The notes: generated by a model from the sequence alone, not told the origin. A stretch of DNA of 62,036 nt, filler included, from Vannella sp. (GCA_023345925.1; 7 parts of 7 records of this genome joined end to end with filler, not necessarily neighbours in it), one strand, 5' to 3'; positions 31,138 through 42,541 are shown, counted from the whole stretch's first letter. Numbers and translations are program-made.

Positions 31138-33603
31138 CTATTTGTACTTGCGGCCTGATGATTGGGAATCTGACTTTCTCTTCTTTTTGTTCTTCAGTAG
31201 CGCTGATGATTGGGACTTGAGAGAGGATTCAATGCGTTGGTTGCAGATCTGTTGGAGAACTTGGGCGGCATCTCGGTCAAGGAAGGAAGAGAATCTCCAA
31301 GACAGCCAAAGATACAAGTCCAGTACAGCATATGCGTTCTCTACCATGTCCATGTCCCCGCTGCACATGTCCTCGTCGACACCGAGAGGGACCTTCTCTA
31401 CTTCTTCCTCCTCTTCTCCTAAGATAAGGGCACTTCTCGAGGGTCTGGTAGGGAGAATGTCTTTGCTTCCTTGCCGACTAGAAAGTTCAGAGAACTGCTG
31501 AGCGTATTGACGCAGAAAACGCATCACAAAGGGGTTCGAAGTTTGACAGGGGGAAAGACAGAAAATGTACCGATCTTTCAGTTGCAACGGAATGTCGTCA
31601 ATTGCCTTGGCAATCTGCAACAGACTGTCAAACCCACACAAGAAGAACTCATTGTCCACCGTAGCTAAAGCAGTAAACTCTTCCAGAATCTCTGAGAAAG
31701 GCATTTCAACTCCATCTTGTGCCGTCCCCAGCGCAAAGAGTTCGATTTGCTCATAAGCAGGAAGGATGCCAGCAAATGGAGACTGCTTCAGTGAAGCTGA
31801 GATGGATTGCTGAATGAGTTTTTGGTGATCATTATCGAAACTTGTGGCAAAGCCAACAGGGTAGATACTCTTGAACCGACCGGCGCGTCCTGCAATCTGC
31901 TTGAGCTCGGCAGGAGCGAGTGGCCGGTCTGATTTGCCATCGAACTTGACCACGTCAGAGAAGACAACGCGTTTGATGTTCAGATTGAGTCCCATTCCGA
32001 TGGCGTCAGTGGCGACCAGAAACGGATAATCGTTCTCTGGTTCATTGAAGAGCTTCGCTTGCTGAGAGCGAGTCTCTGGTGGAAGTCTTCCATAAACAAC
32101 GCAGCATTTCTGCTTCAGCTCTCGTTCAATCTGGTTCTTGATGGCGAAGATCTTCGAGCGCGAAAAGGTAATAATACAATCACCCCGTTTGAGATCGTAG
32201 ATAGTCTCTAGGGGCTCTTGTGGCACCTTCAATGGAGATAGCCTTGTGTATTCCTTGATCTCCAACTCATCCCCACAAGCATTGACGATCTCCTTGATGA
32301 CATCAATAACCGTCTCATTCCCGCAAAGATGAATTTCTCGCGCAGGGATGCCCAGAAGTACTCTGGTCCAGGCCCAACCACGATCAGGATCACTAATCAT
32401 CTGAATCTCATCAATCACAGCGCAGTGATAGAGAGTGTCGGTTGGCGCCATCTCGACGGTGCACGATAAATGAGTTGATTCCTCTTCCAGGTGGCGCAGC
32501 TGCCCCGTCAACAGGTTAATTGGAACGCCTTCCACCTGAAACTTCTCATAAATCTCCTGTGCTAACAGTCGCAGAGGCCCACAGTAGACACCCGAAGCGG
32601 CTTTCTTGAGGGCAACCAGACCTGCGTGGGTCTTCCCTGAGTTGGTGGGGCCCACGTGAAGGATAACCTTCCGTTTCATCTGTCTAGCTAAAGGGTACCA
32701 AAGGTGGGGGTTGCACAGGTTCGCCAGACGCTCAGGAACCTCATTCAATAAAGTGTCTTTCTCTCTTCGGTTGGATTTTGAGGGCTTTGGGGATCGTAGC
32801 TTAGTGTAGGAGAGGTTGTCGCTGCGAGAGAAGAAGGCTACGAAGATGGGAGTGAGGATTTGGGAAACCTGCGGCTCAGGAAGTTTGGAGTCAATGCCCA
32901 ATTCATCGAATTCAGCAGAGGAGAGCAGGGAATGAGCGCTACACTGGAACCTAAGTAGATTAGGGTATATCATCTTCATGCTCCTTCTCATATACGCTGT
33001 CTCCAGCTCTTCCACAGTGATATCCGGTACAATCTGTCTCATAACATCTCGTAGTGTCTGCGGGCGGAGGCAGTATGAAGCGAGGTGTTCGCTTATTACA
33101 GCACTGAAGTCTGATCGACGTGAGGAGGAGTGATAGATGCTCTCGTAGTCTTGGGGGACTCGAAGCTCGAGGAAAGGCTGATAAATCTCTGGGTGGTCAT
33201 CGAGCAGCTCTGTCATAGCACGATTTTGCGAGATATGCATATCAAGTACTGCCTGAGTTAGGTTTGGATGAGCTCCGTGGATGATCTGAAGAGAACCAGC
33301 CGTTTCTTCAAGCTGAAAGTGATTGGAAGCTTCCTTGTACAGTTGAGAGAGTGTGTAACTGGTGTCCTTGATCATAAACGATGCCGTAAGCTTTCCATAC
33401 TTGACTATGACCTCCTGGGGTGCGGGTTGTGAGCAAAAGCGCATCCTTTGAGTGTGGGCAGCCTCCCTTGAAGTGTTTAGCGTTGCGTACACACTCTGAT
33501 TACCCGTACGGAGAAGGTTTCTCGAAGGTTTGTTAGCTCTCAAGAGCTGGGAGCCTACCCTGCGCCAAGCAAGCAAAGAGGAGCTTCCAAGATGCCGCAG
33601 CAT
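31138..33603 (-). CDS. SUPV3L1: Mitochondrial ATP-dependent RNA helicase SUV3
   Basis: GPTNSGKT, YCGPLRLLA, DEIQ, RGWAWTR, ATDAIGMGLNLNI, QIAGRAGR, and a presequence-like N-terminus. Confidence 0.96.
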   Translation of the reverse strand: MLRHLGSSSLLAWRRVGSQLLRANKPSRNLLRTGNQSVYATLNTSREAAHTQRMRFCSQPAPQEVIVKYGKLTASFMIKDTSYTLSQLYKEASNHFQLEETAGSLQIIHGAHPNLTQAVLDMHISQNRAMTELLDDHPEIYQPFLELRVPQDYESIYHSSSRRSDFSAVISEHLASYCLRPQTLRDVMRQIVPDITVEELETAYMRRSMKMIYPNLLRFQCSAHSLLSSAEFDELGIDSKLPEPQVSQILTPIFVAFFSRSDNLSYTKLRSPKPSKSNRREKDTLLNEVPERLANLCNPHLWYPLARQMKRKVILHVGPTNSGKTHAGLVALKKAASGVYCGPLRLLAQEIYEKFQVEGVPINLLTGQLRHLEEESTHLSCTVEMAPTDTLYHCAVIDEIQMISDPDRGWAWTRVLLGIPAREIHLCGNETVIDVIKEIVNACGDELEIKEYTRLSPLKVPQEPLETIYDLKRGDCIITFSRSKIFAIKNQIERELKQKCCVVYGRLPPETRSQQAKLFNEPENDYPFLVATDAIGMGLNLNIKRVVFSDVVKFDGKSDRPLAPAELKQIAGRAGRFKSIYPVGFATSFDNDHQKLIQQSISASLKQSPFAGILPAYEQIELFALGTAQDGVEMPFSEILEEFTALATVDNEFFLCGFDSLLQIAKAIDDIPLQLKDRYIFCLSPCQTSNPFVMRFLRQYAQQFSELSSRQGSKDILPTRPSRSALILGEEEEEVEKVPLGVDEDMCSGDMDMVENAYAVLDLYLWLSWRFSSFLDRDAAQVLQQICNQRIESSLKSQSSALLKNKKKRKSDSQSSGRKYK

Positions 33604-33720
33604 GGAGAACGCGAAGGGGAGCTGGAGAATGAGGAGAAGGACCAGTTTAGAAGAGAGGTGAGATGAAGTTTATGAGTGATCAAGCGCATCTGGGTGCTGT
33701 ACAGGGAGGAGGGGAGGTCA

Positions 33721-34307
33721 CTACTCTGCTTGTGAGGCAAACTGCTTGGGATTGGCATTCTTGGCCGTGTTCGACGTGTCCAAGTTCTTGTGGAACCATG
33801 TGGTATCATTGAATAGGCGATTATCCTCTGGGTCGCGCTCCTCGAAGTACATGGGGCGATCGCCATAAGAGTTCGCCTTGACGTGAAGCTTGTGAGAAAC
33901 CTTCACCAGAGTCCCTTCCATCTCCCCTAGGAGAGCCTCATAAGGGTTACGGTGGTATCCGTTCATCTCGTAGTTATGGGCTGGGGTCATCGTGCCTTTG
34001 AAAGAGATGTTCTTTTGCCTTGCGTAGAAGTCTAGTCGCTTGAAGTATCGGTAAAAGCTACCCACCCCGCATTAGTCCCTACCACGGCTATACCACCCGC
34101 GCTTGCTTACTAGTCATCTCGGGCTACAAAAGCAGCGCGCACGTAATAGATGGAGTTGCGCTTGACCTGCTGCATGTACGAGTGCGAGAGAGAAGCTCTC
34201 CACGCTTCATACTGGGCGTCCGAGCTGTGCTCTTTGTAAACCTCGGGCCGGTACGCTCTCGACTGGCCTCCGCCCATCAAGTCGTTCCAAACAATGCCAA
34301 AATTCAT
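33721..34307 (-). CDS. Hypothetical protein; 1 intron
   Basis: A phase-2 GTAAGC...GGTAG intron (about 34060-34110) joins the two ORFs in frame (ARDDY-FYRYFKRL). Confidence 0.65.
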
Positions 34308-34382
34308 TGATTTAATTCAGTCTCCGACAAAATTAATACTCGACCAATAATGGAGCATTTCCTTGGTGTCTGGTTGCGAGTG

Positions 34383-35102
34383 ATGTCTTTGGACGAGCAG
34401 AAGAGGTGTTCGGCTTATCGAGCTGTGGAGGAGGAGGCGCGTTCGTGTATGCGGATTGGAGTGGGAAGTGGGAGCACAGTGGTGTTTGCTGCAGAGCGTC
34501 TGGGTCAGCTCTATCAAGAGGGGACTTTGGTCGACATTATCTGTGTTCCCACCTCGTTCCAAGCTCGTCAGTTGATACAAAAGTACAAGCTCCCTCTGGG
34601 AGACTTAGAAACGAGCCCTCAGTTGGACGTGACCTTTGACGGGGCAGATTCCATCGATCCTCATCTCAACCTCATTAAGGGAGGGGGCGGAGCGTGCGTC
34701 CAAGAGAAGATTGTGGCTATGTGTAGCAAGAGGCTTGTAGTCATCAGTGACGAGTCCAAGAAAGCGCCTATCCTAGGGAGCAACTGGAAGAAAGGTCTCC
34801 CAGTCGAGGTCATTCCGATGGGCTATGCGCCAACTATCCTTCTTCTAAAGGAGAAGTTTGGTGTAGAAGCAGAACTGCGCATGGCTGAGAAGAAGGCCGG
34901 GCCTGTCGTCACAGATAACGGCAACTTCCTCTTGGACATCCACTTCCAGTGGGCTTCCATCAAGCCAGAAGAGTTGGACGCCTTAGACATCTCTCTCTTA
35001 CGTATGGCCAGTGTGGTACACACGGGATTCTTCATACAAATGGCCCAGGTAGCCTACGTGGGACTGGCAAATGGGAGTGTGGAGAAGTTAACTCCGCTGT
35101 AA
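34383..35102 (+). CDS. RPIA: Ribose-5-phosphate isomerase A
   Basis: IGVGSGSTV, DGAD, LIKGGG..QEKIVA, LPVEV, GPVVTDNGNF. Confidence 0.96.
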   Translation: MSLDEQKRCSAYRAVEEEARSCMRIGVGSGSTVVFAAERLGQLYQEGTLVDIICVPTSFQARQLIQKYKLPLGDLETSPQLDVTFDGADSIDPHLNLIKGGGGACVQEKIVAMCSKRLVVISDESKKAPILGSNWKKGLPVEVIPMGYAPTILLLKEKFGVEAELRMAEKKAGPVVTDNGNFLLDIHFQWASIKPEELDALDISLLRMASVVHTGFFIQMAQVAYVGLANGSVEKLTPL

Positions 35103-35182
35103 TTCTCCTGGAGGACATTCTGAGACTTCTTAACGATGTCAAGTCTCTTAATGAAGAAGTTCTTTATCGAGGAAGCGTCTCC

Positions 35183-37626
35183 TCATGCCTCACTCTGCTG
35201 GAGTTCGGATTGGATGGGCTCTTTGGTCTCACAGATAGTCCGGAACTCCTTCAGCAACTCCAATTGAGTGCCAGGGGATTGCAGAACGAAGGAGAAGTTG
35301 ATCAGTCGTGATGCAGTGCTCAAGTGGCGCAAAAACTTCTTGGTTTCGAGAGGGTCCATGTCGTTCCAATGCAAAGACTGGAGAGAAGGGTTCGAGGCAA
35401 TCGTCAGATGCATGGAATAGAGCCCTTTAGGGGGACTCTCAAGGTTAACGATATCTCTGATAACATGGTTATGCTCAAAGAACATGTCCAACTCTCGCAC
35501 ACAAAGAATAGGACCAGAAAACTCCAATCGTTCAATACTCTTATTCTTTGTGAGAGCATCCATCAGTTGCACAGCAGCATCTGACTCTTCCAACCAAGGG
35601 ACACCAAACGACTTGAGAAATTTGTCCTCCTTCAACTGCTTCGCCCATGGGAAAGCCTTGTCACAGGAAGGGGAGACAAGGTCATTGTGACTTAGATCAA
35701 GATCCGTCACGGATTGGTTATGAAGGAAGAACTTTTGCATGAAGTTGGATGTGACTAATCGGTTCTCTCGTAGACGGAGCTTAGTCATGGACGGGGTTCC
35801 CACCAAAGCATCAGCAATTAGTGAGCAGTGGTCTCCGAGATACTGGCGAGTGAGATCCAGCTCCCTTAGAGTGCTGTTGTTGTTCATCATCATTGAGATT
35901 TCTTCAACGACAGAAAGGGAGCTAGGACTACCCACTGCCAATGTAGAGGGACGATCTGTGAGGTAAAGACATTCCAAAAGCTTCTTCTGGGCAATCCCCT
36001 TGCACAATGCGATGATACCTGACGGACCTATCTTACAGTTCCGTAGAGAAAGAGTCTTCAACGAAGCGTTTTCGGCCAACGCCTCTGCAAGTTGCTCAGC
36101 ACCTCGATTGCCGATGTGGTTTTCGTTCAAATAGAGCTCCCGCAGGTTCTGGTGAGATTTCAAATGTGGCGTCAAGTTGATAATAGCCTGAGCAGCTTTG
36201 GGATGCTTGCGGAAGCAGCGGGAGAGATCTAAAGTTACCAAAGTGGGAATTCTAGAAACCAGACCCAAAAGTGGCTCGTCTATGGAGATAGAGATGCCTC
36301 CTGTCACATAAATGCTTTGCAGGGTGCGGTTGTTGGTAGAGAACACCTCAATGTCTTCGTTATCACAGTTATGGCCTTGATAGGCACCCAAGTAGAGATC
36401 CTGAAGGCTCCCAAGATTCTGTGCAAGAGTCTGCAAGAGACTGCGGAACCCATTGTTACGGAGGGATCCTCCTGAAGCAGAGGAGAGATCAACCATGCGG
36501 ATGTGACGGTTCTGCTCCAAGAGAACGCTCAGTACTTCGCAGTTTAGCGTGCTGTGACCGGCGTAGATGTCTGGAATGTCATTGCTTCTGAGAACGTGTG
36601 TAAACCAACCAGTACTGAAGCGGTTAGAGGAGAAGGACTTGTCGTTCTTGCCCGAAGGCTTCCGATCCAGTTGGGAAACCTCCAAGAACTCGTCCAGGGC
36701 CTGAATGACCTTGGCTAGAGTCTCGTCCATTGATGCCAAAGCAGAACCCGAGTCATTAGAGTCTGAACTGCGGCTGAGGGTGGCTGGAGAAGGCAAGAGA
36801 ACAAGCTTTTGCTTGACCCACGCCATCACCCGTTGCATAAACTCATCAAAGATCGCGATGCGCTCCTCAATCACAGGCTGGCAGGTAGCACGGCCTGGTA
36901 AGAAGGTACGGGCAGGGAATGGGTAGCTTTCGAAGTCAGGATGGAGCTTCTTCAAGCGCTGGTAGAAGTTGCGGAGGTCCCGGTAACGTTTGGGGACTGC
37001 CCACGAGTTCTCCAGCCCAACTTGCTCTTCGTTCTCTGTCTCAAGTTCACATATGATCGCATACTCCTATCAGGAGGTGAGTAAGACGTGAGGGGGAGGA
37101 GGAAGAGGGCGGCGTACAATGAACTCCTTCTGGTTGTCTTCGTAGCAGCGATAGAACTTGCAGACGGTCACTTCAAGTACATTCCAGCAACGGTGCTCAG
37201 TCCATGCGCGCTGTTCAGACAAGGGAAGGGCCACAGGAGCAGGAAGAGCCAGAAAGTCTAAGAAGCGAGCTGGATTCCTTCAGAAGCCGTCAATCCCCAT
37301 ATCGTGGCACAACAGAGGCTCCCTCACCTCCCTAGAAGTACCTCTGCATAGGCTACAAAGACAGGATACCGCAAAAGGCGCCGAACCTGACCTTTCGGTT
37401 GCAAAAGAGCAGTTTCCACCATCTGCCCCAGCTGGGCGTTCAGCCTCTCACGTTCAGGCGTGGGATACACAGGTAGCAGCGCCCTTCCTTCCCCAAACAA
37501 GCGCTCCAAGCGGGCCACATCCTCTTCCGGAAAGGGCAAAGGCGCGCCGGGGACGGCGTATGGGCGGCTCATCCCCTTTGGAAATGAGTTCGTTGCGATC
37601 ACAAGCGCACCCTCCAAAGGGCTCAT
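35183..37626 (-). CDS. PX domain + RNI-like leucine-rich repeat protein; both ends tentative
   Basis: PX WAVPKRYRDLRNFYQRLKK..FPARTF..IEER; LRRs LRELYLNENHIGNRGAEQLAEAL, LKTLSLRNCKIGPSG. Two introns join the upstream exons in frame. Confidence 0.8.
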
Positions 37627-37876
37627 TATTCATTCAGATGGTGCGCTAGGGTGGGAGATGATCCGAGCTTCTCCTCCGTTCCGTCCTCAATCCCTGTCTG
37701 AGGCTGTTTGGTACAGCTACTGAGAGGTTCCTGCAAGTCAGCATGGCAAGCAAGAAGGAGGGGTACACCCCGCCTTCACTGTTCCTCGTTCTTGCTCGAA
37801 CTGTGAACGAGAAGAGATCGAAGAACACCCACCTGGCCCTCCCAATAGCCACTTATCGGAGATAGTAGAGTGAGCT

Positions 37877-38452
37877 TCATTGTGCAGAGCAATCACGCTT
37901 GCTCCTAGCTGTGGTGTCGGATCCGCTCTTGATCCTCGCTGGGTTGTCTTTCTGGATCTCACGAACCAGCTCGAAGAAGGCCTCTTTGACGTTGATGCCA
38001 GTCTTGGAAGAGGTCTCGTAGAAAGGGCAGCCCAAGGACTCGCTCAGGCTCTGGCCTTCTAAAGCAGACACTTGTCGTTCGTCCTCCAGGTCACACCTGT
38101 TCCCCACAAGGACCATGGGCACCTTGTCTGTACCCTTCACGCAGAGGATGAGATCACACAAGGTGGTTATCTCGTCAAAGGAGCTTCGGGAGGTGATGGT
38201 GTATGTGCAAAGGAAGCCTTGTCCTGTGCTTGTGCGCTGCTCGTGGGTGTGGAAGCTCTCTCCTTGGCCAGCTATGTCAAGAACATCAAGCAGACATGAC
38301 TCATCGCCGATGGTTTCCTGTTTGCGGAAAGTATCTTCCTGGATCTCCAGACAAACATAATCGCCCGTAAACTGACCGTGCACAAACTGGTGGGTCAAGG
38401 CAGTCTTGCCAACACCCACTCCTCCAACAACTACAAGCTTGTACTCCGTCAT
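37877..38452 (-). CDS. Divergent Ras-subfamily small GTPase with CaaX (CSAQ); intronless
   Basis: MTEYKLVVVGGVGVGKT, DIAGQ, TGQGFL, LVGNRCDL, ETSSK. Confidence 0.93.
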   Translation of the reverse strand: MTEYKLVVVGGVGVGKTALTHQFVHGQFTGDYVCLEIQEDTFRKQETIGDESCLLDVLDIAGQGESFHTHEQRTSTGQGFLCTYTITSRSSFDEITTLCDLILCVKGTDKVPMVLVGNRCDLEDERQVSALEGQSLSESLGCPFYETSSKTGINVKEAFFELVREIQKDNPARIKSGSDTTARSKRDCSAQ

Positions 38453-38603
38453 TGGTGTCACAGCCCCAATGTCCACGACCAAGACCTTCGAAAGAGTTCA
38501 CGGCCCCAGTAAACCACGCCCGCTGCACGGTTGAAAAATACCTCTTAATTCGATCGGGACCTTTACCAATGAACTTTTTATGTGTTTTGGTTGAGGTACT
38601 TTT

Positions 38604-38703
38604 NNNNNNNNNNNNNNNNNNNNNNNNNNNNNNNNNNNNNNNNNNNNTTAATTAATTAANNNNNNNNNNNNNNNNNNNNNNNNNNNNNNNNNNNNNNNNN
38701 NNN
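38604..38703. other. Artificial contig linker
   Basis: N44-TTAATTAATTAA-N44. Confidence 0.98.
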
Positions 38704-38760
38704 TGGTAGAGCGGTCGACTGCAGATCGACAGGTCACCGGTTCAAATCCGGTTGGGTCCT
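38704..38760 (+). tRNA. tRNA-Cys(GCA), 5' end cut by the contig start
   Basis: D-loop TGGTAGAGC; anticodon arm GTCGA-CTGCAGA-TCGAC; T arm ACCGG-TTCAAAT-CCGGT; U discriminator; downstream T-runs as Pol III terminator. Confidence 0.93.
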
Positions 38761-38814
38761 CTTTCTCTTTTGTGAGTTTTTTGAGCGGGAAAATCATGTG
38801 TCCATCAGTTTCTC

Positions 38815-39634
38815 ATGTCCATCTACACTAAGACGGGAGACAAAGGATCATCCTCGCTCTATTCTGGAGAGCGAAGATCGAAGGCAGATAAGATCTTCTA
38901 TGCTCTTGGAGCCATCGATGAGCTTTCGGCTCAATTGGGGTGAGCGCAACTTTCGTTTGATCGCTCCTGTCTCATCCTTTCACCAGTGTCGCACAGGTTC
39001 ACTGCCAGAACGACAAAAACGTCGAATTGGTAGATCTCATCACGGAGGTAGGTGACCTACCAACGGGAGAACCTCCTGTTCACCATAACTGAACTGATCC
39101 CTCGCAGATCCAGTCCCGCCTCTTTGATGTGATGTCCAACGTGGCCACTCCAGTGGAGTCTGCGTCAGAGACCAAAGTCAACCGAACCTCCTTTCCTTCA
39201 GCAGAGGCTGAGATGCTGGAGAAGCGAATTGACGACTTTGACAAAGTGTTGCCCAAGCTGACAAAGTTCATCCTCCCAGTGAGTGTTTTCCTCCACTGTC
39301 TCCGTGCTCTGAGGGCCAGTACTCACGTGTCATTCTCAAGAGTGGAGGTTTGTCGAGCACTCAACTCCACGCAGCTCGCTCTGTTTGCCGGAGGGCTGAA
39401 CGTGAGATCGTGAACTTGTGGGAAGGTGAGCTCGAGGATCACTCGTCCGTTCTGTGTTACATGAACCGCCTCTCCGACCTTCTTTTCATGATGGCCCGAA
39501 GTGCCTGCTTCCACTTGGGAGCCGAAGAGATCACCTACCAGAAAGGCAAAGGCTTGCAAGTGAGCGAATCCAAGCCTGAGGTCATCCAAGCTGATGATGA
39601 TGATGACGATGATGATGATGAAGAGGACCTTTAA
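38815..39634 (+). CDS. MMAB: ATP:cob(I)alamin adenosyltransferase (PduO/MMAB type); 3 introns; acidic tail
   Basis: [69 protein letters not shown]. Confidence 0.93.
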
Positions 39635-39714
39635 GTAGGATCCCTGGCAATCGCCTGTTCACTGACTAAACTACCCAAACACTCGATCCACGCGGGGGAC
39701 TCTCGCCAGAAGGT

Positions 39715-40102
39715 TTACTCCGAAGTTGAGCTGGGCTCAGACTGGGAGACAGTAGTTATGGTTGCACTCGTAGCTGTTTGGTACTGAGCAGGAAGGGGAA
39801 TCCCAGCCTCTTGAAAGACGCGCCTGCGCATGTCGTTTTGCCGTGTCATGCTGTCCGAGTACCACTGTTTGGACACAGGGTCGGACAGATACTGCTTCTA
39901 TTCATCTCCGTCAGTCTTTAGCCAGGGGAACAGGAGAGCGCCCTCCTACTCGGATGTCCTCCTCGGTGGGAGTGTAGTTACGGAAGAGGAACCAGCCCGC
40001 TCCCACGGACGTTCCCATTATCGCGATGTACTTTCCCAACCGCATGAAGGTCCGGAAGATCTGGACCAGCTCAGAGTTCTGGCTGCGGTAGCTCCGGTCC
40101 AT
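39715..40102 (-). CDS. Small single-TM hypothetical protein; 1 intron
   Basis: Hydrophobic YIAIMGTSVGAGWFLF; the downstream exon YLSDPVSKQWYSDS.. is joined by a GTAGGA intron. Confidence 0.5.
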
Positions 40103-40172
40103 GATCGAGAGAGTGACGGGAAAGAATGAGGAAGGGAAGGGTTTTAGGTGAAGTGTGGGTGTTTGTGGGTCA

Positions 40173-40555
40173 CTATACGGCCACTGCTTCTTTAGGGAGG
40201 CTCTCTGAAGGGGTTGTGGCCTTGGAGAAGTCCAGATTCTTGTAGTTGTAGGGGTTCAGGGGATATCCTCTTTGGGGGTGCTTCTCGGAGTAGACGTAGC
40301 GCGAACCTCGGCTGGGCTTGGCTTTCACCTTATCAAAGCGTACGAGAAAGTCAATCATCTTGCCGCAATGTGTGTTGCTCGTTGCTGTCCGTGTCTGAGT
40401 CAGTCCCGTTCGATCATCCCTCTTCCTGTCCTACCCAGTCCCTGTTCCGAAGCTCTGCGATAGATCTCCTGACGAGTCAGTGGCCCAAAGGTACGAATGA
40501 TTTGCATAATCTGCAGCGAGGGACGGAACGAGGCCACCAAAGGAGCACCAGGCAT
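40173..40555 (-). CDS. Small basic winged-helix-like protein, possibly mitoribosomal mL80-like; 1 intron
   Basis: IIRTFGPLTRQEIYRRASEQGL..SNTHCGKMIDFL resembles, from memory, the plant IIKEHGPLT..SKTHMKIML family. Confidence 0.4.
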
Positions 40556-40665
40556 CTCCCCAAGCAGAAGCCAACTGAAAATGGTCTTTGGAAACGGAAA
40601 TAGGTTCCAAGCCCAAGCCCAGCCATCTTGTCCGGACCTTGCCATTCATTGGAAGGCTTCTCTTG

Positions 40666-42541
40666 ATGGACGAGGGTGGTGTTCCTCACAGTCACAGTGA
40701 TCCCAGCTTCCTTGAACGAGACGAGGAGTTGAATGAGAAGAAACTCCTTAGTAGGTCAAAGGGAGAGCTCGAGGACGAGTCATTCCCGGAGGATGAGGAA
40801 GAGGCGAACTTGGTGGCGGAAGTTCGAGGCGAACACGTCTTCTATAGGAGTACTTTTAGGCTTCAGATGTACTGTGAGCACTGCCAAGAAGCTCTACGAG
40901 GTTATCGGAAGCAGGGCTTCAAGTGTGAGGGTAAGGAAGCGGGCGCGACTGGCAGTTGGCTGAATCATCATCTAACTGGAGTAGTCTGCCGCGCCGTTGT
41001 ACATAAACAGTGCATGGAGTTAGTCAATACTCCTTGCTACCACGCGACACTCTACCAAGGAGAGAACAAGGAGGAGGAGACAGAAGAACCTCCTCCGGTC
41101 AGATTCAATCACTTCTGGAACCCAGGAAACGTCCGTGCTGGGAGATGTAGTGCTTGCTACAGGCCGATATCATCCAAATCAGGTGCTTTCGACTGTAGCC
41201 GATGCCCGGCGTGTCACGTTCAAGTGCACAACAAATGCAAGGAGAGAGCTGGCTGTTGTGTGCCTCCTCATGGGAACCAGCTCTTCTGTGAGGAGCTTAT
41301 GCTCAAGGATAGCAACCCCCCATCTTCGTATCAGCCCCTCTTGGTCTTTGTGAATGCGAAGAGTGGAGGACAGCAAGGACTTCGGGTCCTACGGCAGATG
41401 CGGAAGCTTCTTTCGAACGAACAGGTTATCAGCTTGATGGATGAAACCCCAGGTATGTTCTGCCTTCGCCCCTGCGTCCCTCTACTGACCCAGGCACAGT
41501 TGGGCCCCGACGTGCTTTGAATGCATTTGGAAACTCTCCAAACCTTCGTATTCTGGTCTGCGGAGGTGATGGTACTGTAGGTTGGGTACTACAAGAGCTC
41601 CTCGATAAGAGAGATGACCTACGGGAGGCTGACTACACTCCGCCACTCGCTATTCTTCCTCTGGGCACAGGAAATGACTTGGCTCGGGTACTCCAGTGGG
41701 GTGGCGGGTAAGCAGGTCTCTTTGGTCTAGAGGGTGTCTCAAGTATAGATTAGATACGTTGGAGAGAGCATTCCACCGATTTTAGTGAGCGTGGAGCAAT
41801 CCAAACCTCAAATGCTGGACCGTTGGTTGGTTCTCATCAAGTCCACAGAGGAAGAAAAGGAGCAGCAGCTCGTTATGAACAACTACTTTAGGTAATGGGC
41901 TGGATGGAGTGGAGGGGCCTTTAATTGACCCATTGGGGTAGTATTGGAATGGATGCGCAGATTGCTCTTCAGTTCCACCACTCTCGAGAGGCCAATCCTG
42001 GGTTCTTCAAGAGTAGGACCATCAACAAAGGAGTTTACGGAGTGTATGGAGTCCAAAAGCTCATCGATGCACCTCCGATTCTGGGCAAATTTGGATTAAC
42101 CGTCTCTCACGAAGGCGAATCTCTCTCAGAGGAAGTGGTCAGCCGACTACAGTGCCTCATTTGGATGAATATTCCTTCGTACGGAGGTGGTGTGTCCCTT
42201 TGGGGCGCACCCAGTGAAAAGTCTGATTTTGTGGCTTGCCAAGTCAACGACGGGATTGTTGAGGTGGTTGGTCTTCGACACATTCGCCACGCTCTAGGAC
42301 TTCAAACCAAGATACAAAGCGGCACCAAAGTCTGTCAGGGCAAAAGCTTCCATTTGGTAACCACTTTAGAAAGCCCAATTCAGGTCAGCTCCGCTTTTCT
42401 GTGCCAACGGCTCGGTTCGTTTCGTTTCTGACTCCTTTGTAGGTGGACGGAGAGCCCCTGTTGATCGGGCCTAGTGAAATAACGATATCACCCTGGCATT
42501 CAGCCCACATGCTGGTCAAGCCACGAAAGGGCAACAAATAA
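40666..42541 (+). CDS. Diacylglycerol kinase with two C1 domains; multi-exon
   Basis: C1 motifs (CEHC..QGFKC..VHKQC); [64 protein letters not shown]. Confidence 0.94.

Noticed and set aside
34060..34112. Stop-codon readthrough or an alternative genetic code to explain broken ORFs
   Set aside because: Nearly all breaks are explained by short spliceosomal introns, and TAA, TAG and TGA all terminate conserved genes.
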